Source: Bacteroidales bacterium
GTDB taxonomy: Bacteria > Bacteroidota > Bacteroidia > Bacteroidales > UBA932
Length of the DNA: 25,484 bases
Direction of reading: 5' to 3'
NCBI GenBank assembly: GCA_017958765.1
Contig: JAGDBY010000039.1
Span: 1 to 25,484, forward strand
Part shown: positions 18,202 through 25,484 of the stretch, piece by piece
How the letters are laid out: the number at the start of each line of letters is the position of its first letter
Numbering within the stretch: position 1 is the first letter of the stretch
The notes under the pieces: model-generated
Seen by the model: only the letters and a program-made list of their open reading frames with translations
Told to the model about the DNA's origin: nothing
Databases searched by the model: none
Made by a program: the position numbers and the translations under genes

Positions 18202-19665
18202 CTAGTTATAAGCGGAATCATCGAATGTATCCCCGAGATCGTTGATGGCTGAGCCTTTGGTTTCAATGACAAAACCGGATTCTTCGCCATAACTGTTGGA
18301 ATCTATGAATTTTGCCTGCGACTCAATAAAACGCATCTCCACGTCACCCACGGAGCCGTTACGGTGCTTGGCAATAATAATCTTGGTCTGTCCCGGATAA
18401 TCCTCCTGGCCGTCGGCAAGCTTCGGACGGTGGATGAACATAACAATGTCGGCATCCTGCTCGATAGCTCCCGATTCACGGAGGTCGCTGAGCGGAGGAC
18501 GCTTGTTTCCACCTCTCACATCGACGTTTCGGTTAAGCTGTGACAGAGCTATGATAGGGATATTCAACTCTTTGGCTATTGCCTTGAGGTTACGTGAAAT
18601 GGCCGCTACCTCCTGCTCGCGGATGACTGATTTCATCTCGGAAGGGACGGTCATCAACTGCAGGTAGTCAATGATAATGAGCTTTACTCCCGAATTCTTC
18701 ACAAGTCTGCGTGCCTTTGAACGGAACTCGAACACTGAGATTGAAGGTGTATCGTCTATCCACAGCGGAGCGTTTGAAAGTCTCGAAATACGGTCGTTCA
18801 GGATGTTCCAGTCTTCAGGATTGTTGAACTTGTCGGCTCCTTTGATCTTGCTTGCTGCGATACCTGTCTCACTGATAAGCAGGCGGTTAGCCAGCTGCAG
18901 GTCCTTCATCTCCAAAGAGAATAGAGCAACCGGAATATTGTAGTCAACCGCCATATTACGGGCCATTGTCAGCACGAATGCGGTCTTACCTACAGACGGG
19001 CGGGCGGCCAGAATAATCAGGTCGGAAGGCTGCCAGCCGTAGGTGACCTTGTCTATTCCGCTGTAACCGCTCTTCAGTCCGCTCAGTCCGTCGGTACGTT
19101 TCTGTTTCTCTTCAATCTGGGCTATAGCCTCGCCCAAAACGTCCTGAATCTTGCTCGTCTCACGGCGCATATTGCGCTCGGTAAGGCTGAAGATAGCCTG
19201 TTGCGATTTGTCGAGCAGCTCATCTACCGACAGCGCATCCTCGAATGCGTCTTTCTGGACATTGTAGGATATTGTAATCAGCTGACGCTGAATGTATTTC
19301 TGGAGGAGAATCTTTGTGTGATACTCGATGTGGCCCGCTGCGCTGATTTTATTGCTGAGCATACTCAGGTAAGCGTATCCGCCCACTATCTCGAGCTCGT
19401 CACGTCTGGTGAGCTCGTTTGCAACGGTCAGGATGTCGACCTTGTCGTTACGGGAGGCGATGGCCGAGATAGCCTCGTATATTCTCCGGTGATTCTGATC
19501 ATAGAAGCAGTCGGGAACCAGAACATCGACCACGTCCGGGACAACGGACGGCTCAAGCATCATTGCGGCAAGAACTGCCTCCTCAATCTCGAGCGCTTGA
19601 GGCGGTTTGCGGCCCATCTCGGAAGAGAGCTGAGCCAATGTAGGATTCTGTGCTTTTCTTGCCAT
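18202..19665 (-). CDS. dnaB: Replicative DNA helicase
   Basis: PPQALEIEEAVL, Walker A AARPSVGKT, FSLEM, IIIDYLQLM, ALSQLNR and LSDLRESGAIEQDAD motifs; no intein. Confidence 0.97.
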   Translation of the reverse strand: MARKAQNPTLAQLSSEMGRKPPQALEIEEAVLAAMMLEPSVVPDVVDVLVPDCFYDQNHRRIYEAISAIASRNDKVDILTVANELTRRDELEIVGGYAYLSMLSNKISAAGHIEYHTKILLQKYIQRQLITISYNVQKDAFEDALSVDELLDKSQQAIFSLTERNMRRETSKIQDVLGEAIAQIEEKQKRTDGLSGLKSGYSGIDKVTYGWQPSDLIILAARPSVGKTAFVLTMARNMAVDYNIPVALFSLEMKDLQLANRLLISETGIAASKIKGADKFNNPEDWNILNDRISRLSNAPLWIDDTPSISVFEFRSKARRLVKNSGVKLIIIDYLQLMTVPSEMKSVIREQEVAAISRNLKAIAKELNIPIIALSQLNRNVDVRGGNKRPPLSDLRESGAIEQDADIVMFIHRPKLADGQEDYPGQTKIIIAKHRNGSVGDVEMRFIESQAKFIDSNSYGEESGFVIETKGSAINDLGDTFDDSAYN

Positions 19666-19675
19666 TTTTTAAGCG

Positions 19676-19708
19676 TGTAGAGACGACGCAATGAGCACCG
19701 TCTCTACA
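19676..19708. repeat. REP-like palindrome with GTAG feet (TGTAGAGACG-N13-CGTCTCTACA)
   Basis: Perfect 10-bp inverted repeat, extendable by 4 pairs on the minus strand (two G-U), in the 60-nt gap before dnaB. There is no U-tract in the transcribed direction. Confidence 0.55.
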
Positions 19709-19725
19709 TTTATGTGAATCAATAA

Positions 19726-20547
19726 TTATTCGTTTTCGAACTCAGAACCAACCAGAATACGTCCGCAGTATTCGCAGACGATGACTTTCTTGCTCTGAGC
19801 GATATCAAGCTGACGCTGAGGAGGGATCTGGTTGAAGCATCCGCCGCAGGCGCCTCTCTTGACGGTAACAACTGCCAGGTGATTCTTGGCGTTGCCTCTT
19901 ACTTTGCCGTAAGCCACCAACATTCTCTCGTCAATCTTAGCTGCCAACTCTTCTTTCTCTTTGATGAGAGCCTCTTCCTCTTTAGCAGTCTCCTCTACAA
20001 TCTGGTCGAGCTCTTTTCTCTTCTCTTCCAAATCCATCTCACGCCCTTCCATAAATGTCTTGGTCTGCTCCAGGAGAGCCTTCTTGTCAGCGATCATAAG
20101 GTTGGTCTCTCTGATCTTCTTCTCGAAAGACTCTTGATCAAGCTGCTGATATTCAATCTCTTTGCAAATAGATTCGTACTCGCGGTTGTTCTTCACGTTG
20201 TCGCGTTGCTCCTCATATTTAGCAATGAGATGCTGGCACTCTTCGATGTGAGCTCTGTATTCTACAAGAGCACTTTCTGCTGCCTTGATATCCGCTGTAG
20301 TGTTGGCGATTCTGGTCTTCAGACCTTCAACCTCGTCCTCAAGGTCTTTAACCTCGAGAGGAAGCTCTCCGTGAAGAAGATAGATTCTGTCTATTTTGGT
20401 GTCAGTCTGTTGAATCTTGTACAACGTCAGAAGTTTCTCTCTCATTGAGACACTGTCGCTGTCGGACATAGACTTAGCCGCCGATACGAAAGTTTCCTGC
20501 TGATCGATAGGTGTGACAATTGCCTTGTTAGCTTTCTTTGTTGCCAT
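19726..20547 (-). CDS. C4-type zinc ribbon domain protein with long coiled coil (DUF164-like)
   Basis: Long heptad coiled coil followed by ACGGCF..IPPQ...IVCEYCGRIL; sits next to nif3, as is usual for this family. Confidence 0.92.
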   Translation of the reverse strand: MATKKANKAIVTPIDQQETFVSAAKSMSDSDSVSMREKLLTLYKIQQTDTKIDRIYLLHGELPLEVKDLEDEVEGLKTRIANTTADIKAAESALVEYRAHIEECQHLIAKYEEQRDNVKNNREYESICKEIEYQQLDQESFEKKIRETNLMIADKKALLEQTKTFMEGREMDLEEKRKELDQIVEETAKEEEALIKEKEELAAKIDERMLVAYGKVRGNAKNHLAVVTVKRGACGGCFNQIPPQRQLDIAQSKKVIVCEYCGRILVGSEFENE

Positions 20548-20554
20548 AATTTAC

Positions 20555-21313
20555 TTAGTAGTAATATACAGGGTTATTATTATCCGATTTGAGGATTGCA
20601 AAGTTATGTATTTTTTTCGTAAGCAAGGATATAAATTTATCCACAATAAAGATTTCACTTTCCCAGTGCCCTACATCCATAATCATGAAATCTTTTTCGG
20701 TGAAAAAGTCGTGATAGGTGAAATCTCCTGCCAGGTATGCGTCTGCTCCGCACTCCATCGCACGGCAGATCAGAGATGAGCCCGAACCGCCGCACAGAGC
20801 CACTTTTTTGACCGGTCTGTCGATAGGCTTTGAAGAGCGAAGGCACTTCAGGCCGAGAACCTTTTTGACATAGGAGATAAATACTCCGGCAGGCATAGCT
20901 TGAGGCAGTTCTCCGATAATGCCCAGCCCCCCTTCATCCAAGAATCCGGCACTCTTCAGACCGAGCTTCTCCGCCAGAATCCCGCTCACGCCGTCCAAAA
21001 CCTTGTCCGCATTTGTGTGTGCAGAATAGACTACGATGTCGTTTTTAACGGCTTTGGTGAGAATCGAACCCAGATATGTGTCAGGATAAATCTTCTTTAC
21101 GCCGTGGAAAATCAGGGGATGGTGTGTGACAATCATATTCGCCCCCTTGGCCACGGCCTCGTCTATAAGTTCAGGCGTGCAGTCAAATCCGACAATGATA
21201 CCGGTCACCTCCGTCTGAGGGCTTCCCAGACAGAAACCGGAATTGTCCCACTCCTCCTGCTTGAGCAGAGGGGCGAATTCTTCGATAATATCGGCTACTT
21301 CTCTGGCTTTCAT
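20555..21313 (-). CDS. Nif3-like dinuclear metal center protein (YbgI/YqfO family, short form)
   Basis: WDNSG, VTHHPLIF, HTNAD, VALCGGSGS and GHWESE motifs. Confidence 0.95.
   Translation of the reverse strand: MKAREVADIIEEFAPLLKQEEWDNSGFCLGSPQTEVTGIIVGFDCTPELIDEAVAKGANMIVTHHPLIFHGVKKIYPDTYLGSILTKAVKNDIVVYSAHTNADKVLDGVSGILAEKLGLKSAGFLDEGGLGIIGELPQAMPAGVFISYVKKVLGLKCLRSSKPIDRPVKKVALCGGSGSSLICRAMECGADAYLAGDFTYHDFFTEKDFMIMDVGHWESEIFIVDKFISLLTKKIHNFAILKSDNNNPVYYY
20599..20606 (-). promoter_or_regulatory. Internal -7 element in the nif3 3' end, likely driving the zinc-ribbon gene and dnaB
   Basis: TAACTTTG on the minus strand in an AT-rich stretch, 51 nt upstream of ATG 20547. Confidence 0.5.
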
Positions 21314-21324
21314 CTTAGGGACTG

Positions 21325-21648
21325 CTACAGATTTGCTTTGATATCCACCAGTTTGGCGCGGATGGACTTGAGACGTTCCACAACTTCGGCGCGTCTGTCA
21401 CTCCCCTCCGCATTGTTGCTGAGAAGCCTCTGAACTCCCTCCAGAGTCATACCGCGGTCCTTCACGTAGTAATGGATTCTCTTGAGAACTTCCACGTCCT
21501 CAGGGGAGAAAAGGCGGTTGCCCTTGTTGTTACGGTTGGGATTAATGAACTCCGAGAACTTGTTGGACCAGAATCTGACAAGAGAGACGTTCTCTCCCAA
21601 CAAATCCGCAACTTCACCGATTGTGTAACAAATCTTTGCCATAGTCAT
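21325..21648 (-). CDS. MerR family HTH transcriptional regulator
   Basis: YTIGEVADLLG...SLVRFW...P.RN.KGNRLF..ED...GMTLEG. The start could be 21642. Confidence 0.92.
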   Translation of the reverse strand: MTMAKICYTIGEVADLLGENVSLVRFWSNKFSEFINPNRNNKGNRLFSPEDVEVLKRIHYYVKDRGMTLEGVQRLLSNNAEGSDRRAEVVERLKSIRAKLVDIKANL

Positions 21649-21657
21649 TCTGTATGT

Positions 21658-22623
21658 TTAATCGAGGGATTGACCCGTATTTGTAGCGATCTGCATCATC
21701 TTAAAGTACATAGACGGGCTTAAACTTGCGAAGAAGTAGTTTATCGGGTCCATATATTCTCCGCCGCGTCTCACTTCGTAGTGAAGGGATGAGGCGAAGA
21801 CGGTGCCTGACGTCCCGACCCTGCCTATCAGCGAGCCCTGCTTGACGGTCTGGCCGCTTCTGACGAAAATGTCGCCCAGGTGGGCGTAGTAGGTCTCGAT
21901 GCCGTTGCCGTGATCGATGGTGACGGTATTTCCGAAACCCTTATTGAGCCTCTCTATCTTGACCACGGTGCCGTCGGCGGAGGCCAGTACGTCAGTGCCG
22001 AGAGGCGCCAGCAGGTCGATTCCGGTATGCATCACAAGGGTTTTGTAGTATGGATGCATCTTCATCCCGACAGAAGCTCCGGTCTGAGCCAGGGTGAAAT
22101 TCTTCACCGGTATAATAGACGGGAAATCGGTAGGGACAAAGTCTGTAGAATTGATCCTGTTGTTGATGGAATTGATGTTTCTCTTAACTGAGGAAACCTC
22201 TCTCTCAACCTCAGTGCATCATATGCCGGTCTGTTTGATCAGTTCGAATTCGTCGCTTGAGTAGAGAATCTCTGAATCGGGCAGAGAATCTGCAACCGAA
22301 ACATCTCCCATCAGCTTCGGAGGATCAGAATTGAATATCTGTCTGTAAATGGATTTATCCCTGGCATCCAGGCTCTTAACGACGTCATCCACCAAGGCCA
22401 GCTTCTCCTCCATAGCCTGAACCTCAACCTCGAGGTATTCATTCTCCTGCTGAAGCTTCTTCTCTTTGCCGTTGCTGAAGAATACGGAGAAGACTGCATA
22501 GTAGAGAATGGCGATGCCCACGCTCAGCACGACATAAACGGCCGCCTTGCCTAAAATCGCCCAAAAGGGAACTTTCTGCTCGTCGTAACTTAACTTTTCT
22601 CTATTGAAAACGAACTTTTTCAT
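21658..22623 (-). pseudogene. M23 family peptidase paralog interrupted by one in-frame TGA (22219-22221); pseudogene, sequencing error or recoding
   Basis: Track ORFs 22219..22623 and 21658..22107 are in the same frame. The 37 codons between them are open (CTEVEREVSSVKRNINSINNRINSTDFVPTDFPSIIP). The joined product is 321 codons versus 319 aa for the adjacent intact paralog. Confidence 0.8.
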
Positions 22624-22632
22624 CGCAAATCC

Positions 22633-23592
22633 CTACTTTTTAGCAAGATCAATCATCTGTTGATACTGCTCCGGGGTAAGGTCTGTAGTGAAATAGTTCC
22701 AAGGATTGACAGGATTGCCACGGTAGCGTACTTCATAGTGAAGGTGAGGACCTGTAGAACGGCCTGTGCTGCCCAGAAGGGCGATCTGCTGACCGCGGAC
22801 AACCTTCTGTCCCTCTTCTACCGTAGACTGGAGAAGGTGACCGTATCTGGTCTCATAACCGAAACCGTGGTCGATGTAGACCACATTGCCGTAGCCGTAA
22901 TAATTGTAACTCACACGGGTAACCACACCGTCACCTGTAGCATAGACAGGCTCTCCTTTCGGACCGGCGATGTCGTAACCTTCGTGGAACTTGGCGTAAT
23001 TGCCGAACGGGTCGCTTCTGTAACCGAAAGAAGAGGTAGCGTGAACTCTCGGAGAAGGACTAACCGGGTAAATAGCCGGAATGCTTGAAGCCATATCGCC
23101 TGCGCGTGAGGAGATAGCCTCGACGTCGTCAAAACTGGTGGACTGAAGATAGGCCTTCTTTGAGAGCATATCCAGCTTCATTTTTGACGAAATCAAGAAA
23201 TTGGCATTGCTGTACTTCTTCAGGTAGGAGTATCTGTCCACTCCGCCGAAGCCGGCGTTTCTCACCGAAGCAGGAATCTCATCCATACCGAGAATGAGGC
23301 GGTAGACCACGTTGTCGCGCATCTGGAGCTCGCTCAGAATATCATTCTGCTCATCCATTCTCGTATTGAGCTGCTCGACCTTGGCCATCAGCTCGGCGTT
23401 TTTATTCTGGAGAATGATGGTCTTAGGCAGATCGAATCCCAGCACGACCGTAAGCACCAGGTAATAGGCTATGAATATGACGAATCCGATGGCGAACAAG
23501 CCGAGGACTCTCTTGAATCTCTCCTTGATAGAGACTACCGACTCTTCGTAGGAGAGGGTTTCGTGATTGAAGACGTATTTTTTTCTGGCCAT
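22633..23592 (-). CDS. M23 family metallopeptidase (peptidoglycan endopeptidase), intact
   Basis: N-terminal transmembrane helix, coiled coil, HxxxD (FHEGYD), YGYGNVVYIDHG, TRYGHL and STGPHLHYEV motifs. Confidence 0.94.
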   Translation of the reverse strand: MARKKYVFNHETLSYEESVVSIKERFKRVLGLFAIGFVIFIAYYLVLTVVLGFDLPKTIILQNKNAELMAKVEQLNTRMDEQNDILSELQMRDNVVYRLILGMDEIPASVRNAGFGGVDRYSYLKKYSNANFLISSKMKLDMLSKKAYLQSTSFDDVEAISSRAGDMASSIPAIYPVSPSPRVHATSSFGYRSDPFGNYAKFHEGYDIAGPKGEPVYATGDGVVTRVSYNYYGYGNVVYIDHGFGYETRYGHLLQSTVEEGQKVVRGQQIALLGSTGRSTGPHLHYEVRYRGNPVNPWNYFTTDLTPEQYQQMIDLAKK

Positions 23593-23613
23593 TTATTACC
23601 CTGTGTATCTCTG

Positions 23614-23649
23614 CAAAGTTATAAAATTTAGATAAAAAAACTATTTTTG
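23614..23649. promoter_or_regulatory. Divergent promoter pair M23 operon / alaS
   Basis: TAACTTTG on the minus strand at 23614-23621 and TATTTTTG on the plus strand at 23642-23649. Confidence 0.65.
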
Positions 23650-23658
23650 CATATAAAT

Positions 23659-25484
23659 ATGCAGATAAGGACATCACAAGAAATCAGAAAGACTTTCCTC
23701 GACTTTTTCGCATCAAAAGGACACACGGTCGTACCGTCAGCTCCGATGGTAGTTAAAAACGACCCTACACTGATGTTCACCAACGCCGGAATGAACCAGT
23801 TCAAAGACTGGTTCCTGGGTAACGAACAGCCTAAATACAAGAGAGCTACGGATACCCAGAAGTGCCTGAGAGTGAGCGGAAAACACAATGATCTCGAAGA
23901 GGTCGGCCACGATACCTATCACCACACAATGTTCGAAATGCTCGGAAACTGGAGTTTCGGAGATTATTTCAAGAAAGAGGCTATCTCCTGGGCGTGGGAG
24001 CTGCTGACCGAAGTGTTCAAGCTCGACAAAAACCGCCTTTACGCCACCGTTTTCGAGGGATCCGATTCCGACGGACTCGGACTTGACGAGGAGGCCCGCA
24101 ACATCTGGAAGCAGTTCCTTCCTGAAGACCATATCATCCTGGGTAACAAACACGACAATTTCTGGGAGATGGGCGACACAGGCCCTTGCGGTCCTTGCAG
24201 CGAGATTCATATTGACCTAAGGAGCGACGCCGAGAGAGCTTCTATTTCCGGAGCCGAGATGGTTAACAAAGGACATCATCTTGTGATAGAGATATGGAAC
24301 CTGGTGTTTATGCAGTACAACAGACTCGCCAACGGGTCGCTGGAGCTTCTCCCTGCTAAGCACGTAGATACCGGAATGGGATTCGAAAGACTCTGTATGG
24401 CTCTTCAGGGTAAGCAGAGCAACTACGATACGGACGTTTTCACAGGGCTGATCAACGCCATCGCCATTCTTTCCGGCGTAGCGTATGAGCCTGAAAAAGA
24501 GGTCGGTGTGGCAATGAGAGTTATAGCCGACCACATCCGCGCCATCAGCTTCTCAATAGCCGACGGACAGCTTCCTTCAAATGTGAAAGCCGGATATGTG
24601 ATCAGAAGAATTCTGCGCCGAGCAGTCCGCTACGGATACACTTTCCTCGGCTTCAAAGAGCCTTTCCTGTGCAGGCTGGTGCCTTATCTGGTAGCTGAGA
24701 TGGGAGACGCCTTCCCTGAAATCAGAGCTCAGCAGGGGCTCATCGTCAAGGTGATCAAAGAAGAGGAAGAGGCGTTCCTCCGCACCCTTGACAAAGGTAT
24801 CAAGCTGATGGACAACATTATGGAGAAGTCTAAAGATACAAAGGTCATCAGCGGCACAGACGCTTTCATTCTCTACGACACCTTCGGATTCCCTATCGAC
24901 CTGAGCGAGCTCATCGCCAAGGAGAATGGGTACACGATAGATCTGGATCAGTTCAACGTCGAGCTGGCTAAACAGAAAGAGCGCGCCCGCAACGCTACGG
25001 CTATCGAGGCCGGAGACTGGACCGTTCTGGAAGAGAGTCACAGCAATACTGAGTTCGTGGGATACGACACTCTGGTGACCGATGTCAAGATCATGAAGTA
25101 CCGCACCGTGAAGGCGAAAAATAAAGAGCAGATACAGCTTGTTTTCGACAGGACTCCGTTCTACGGAGAGATGGGAGGCGAGGTCGGCGACACCGGCTGG
25201 ATCAGTTGCGGAGACGAGAAGATCGCCATTGTCAACACTTTGAAAGAGAACGGATTGCCTATTCATTTAGTAGACCGGATGCCTTCCGATCCTTCAGCCC
25301 GCTTCACTGCCGAGGTTGACGCTCAGAAGCGCAGCTGCATACAGAGCAACCACTCTGCCACTCACCTGCTACACGCAGCCCTCAGACAGATTCTCGGCCC
25401 TCACGTAGAGCAGAAAGGATCTTATGTTTCGGCAGACTCTTTCAGATTCGACTTCTCTCACTTCGAGAAGGTGTCCGCTGAAAA
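23659..25484 (+). CDS. alaS: Alanine--tRNA ligase, 5' part (runs off the right edge)
   Basis: Not in the ORF track. My hand translation is open to the window end, with [92 protein letters not shown] and the editing-domain NHSATHLLH...QKGS. Confidence 0.98.
   Translation, partial: MQIRTSQEIRKTFLDFFASKGHTVVPSAPMVVKNDPTLMFTNAGMNQFKDWFLGNEQPKYKRATDTQKCLRVSGKHNDLEEVGHDTYHHTMFEMLGNWSFGDYFKKEAISWAWELLTEVFKLDKNRLYATVFEGSDSDGLGLDEEARNIWKQFLPEDHIILGNKHDNFWEMGDTGPCGPCSEIHIDLRSDAERASISGAEMVNKGHHLVIEIWNLVFMQYNRLANGSLELLPAKHVDTGMGFERLCMALQGKQSNYDTDVFTGLINAIAILSGVAYEPEKEVGVAMRVIADHIRAISFSIADGQLPSNVKAGYVIRRILRRAVRYGYTFLGFKEPFLCRLVPYLVAEMGDAFPEIRAQQGLIVKVIKEEEEAFLRTLDKGIKLMDNIMEKSKDTKVISGTDAFILYDTFGFPIDLSELIAKENGYTIDLDQFNVELAKQKERARNATAIEAGDWTVLEESHSNTEFVGYDTLVTDVKIMKYRTVKAKNKEQIQLVFDRTPFYGEMGGEVGDTGWISCGDEKIAIVNTLKENGLPIHLVDRMPSDPSARFTAEVDAQKRSCIQSNHSATHLLHAALRQILGPHVEQKGSYVSADSFRFDFSHFEKVSAE

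Noticed and set aside
18202-19665. Intein in DnaB
   Set aside because: The length (487 aa) and contiguous helicase motifs leave no room for one.
22212-22223. Mini-ORF ATG-ATG-CAC-TGA overlapping the premature UGA
   Set aside because: It is three codons in another frame and cannot restore the M23 reading frame; it is probably a by-product of the ATATGATG context.
22107-22623. Treating 22219..22623 and 21658..22107 as two separate genes
   Set aside because: They share a frame, the gap is open, and similarity to the intact paralog (PSIIPV vs PAIYPV) lies upstream of the GTG used as the second start.
23737-25266. Minus-strand ORFs 23737..24210, 24217..24534 and 24577..25266
   Set aside because: Antisense to the intact alaS frame, which was missing from the track only because it has no stop in the window.

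Overview
This is a core-genome segment of a Bacteroidales bacterium, judged from TAnnTTTG promoters, a SusC gene and a Bacteroidetes-type rseC-rnfBCDGEA order; the genus cannot be assigned from this window. From left to right it contains: the 5' part of a SusC/RagA TonB-dependent transporter with a long AT-rich leader, fabD, tRNA-Arg(CCG), an OstA/LptA-like gene, a SurA-like PPIase, a lipoprotein, guaB, a TIGR01212-type radical SAM gene, an NlpC/P60 lipoprotein, a small hypothetical gene, glyA, a TrmH/SpoU methyltransferase, rnfAEGDCB-rseC, dnaB, a C4 zinc-ribbon protein, Nif3, a MerR-type HTH protein, two tandem M23 peptidase paralogs and the 5' part of alaS. I found no transposase, integrase, CRISPR array or defence system, and no clear new multi-gene system. 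The main oddities are: (1) the second M23 paralog is one continuous frame broken by a single in-frame UGA, is followed by a hairpin, and lacks the catalytic His; (2) the tRNA, its promoter and the fabD start all lie inside the OstA-like ORF; (3) a candidate four-way-junction RNA sits in the susC leader; (4) there is a GTAG-footed REP-like hairpin before dnaB; (5) all four divergent promoter pairs have -7 boxes 10 or 20 nt apart; (6) RnfG has a possible second flavinylation motif.
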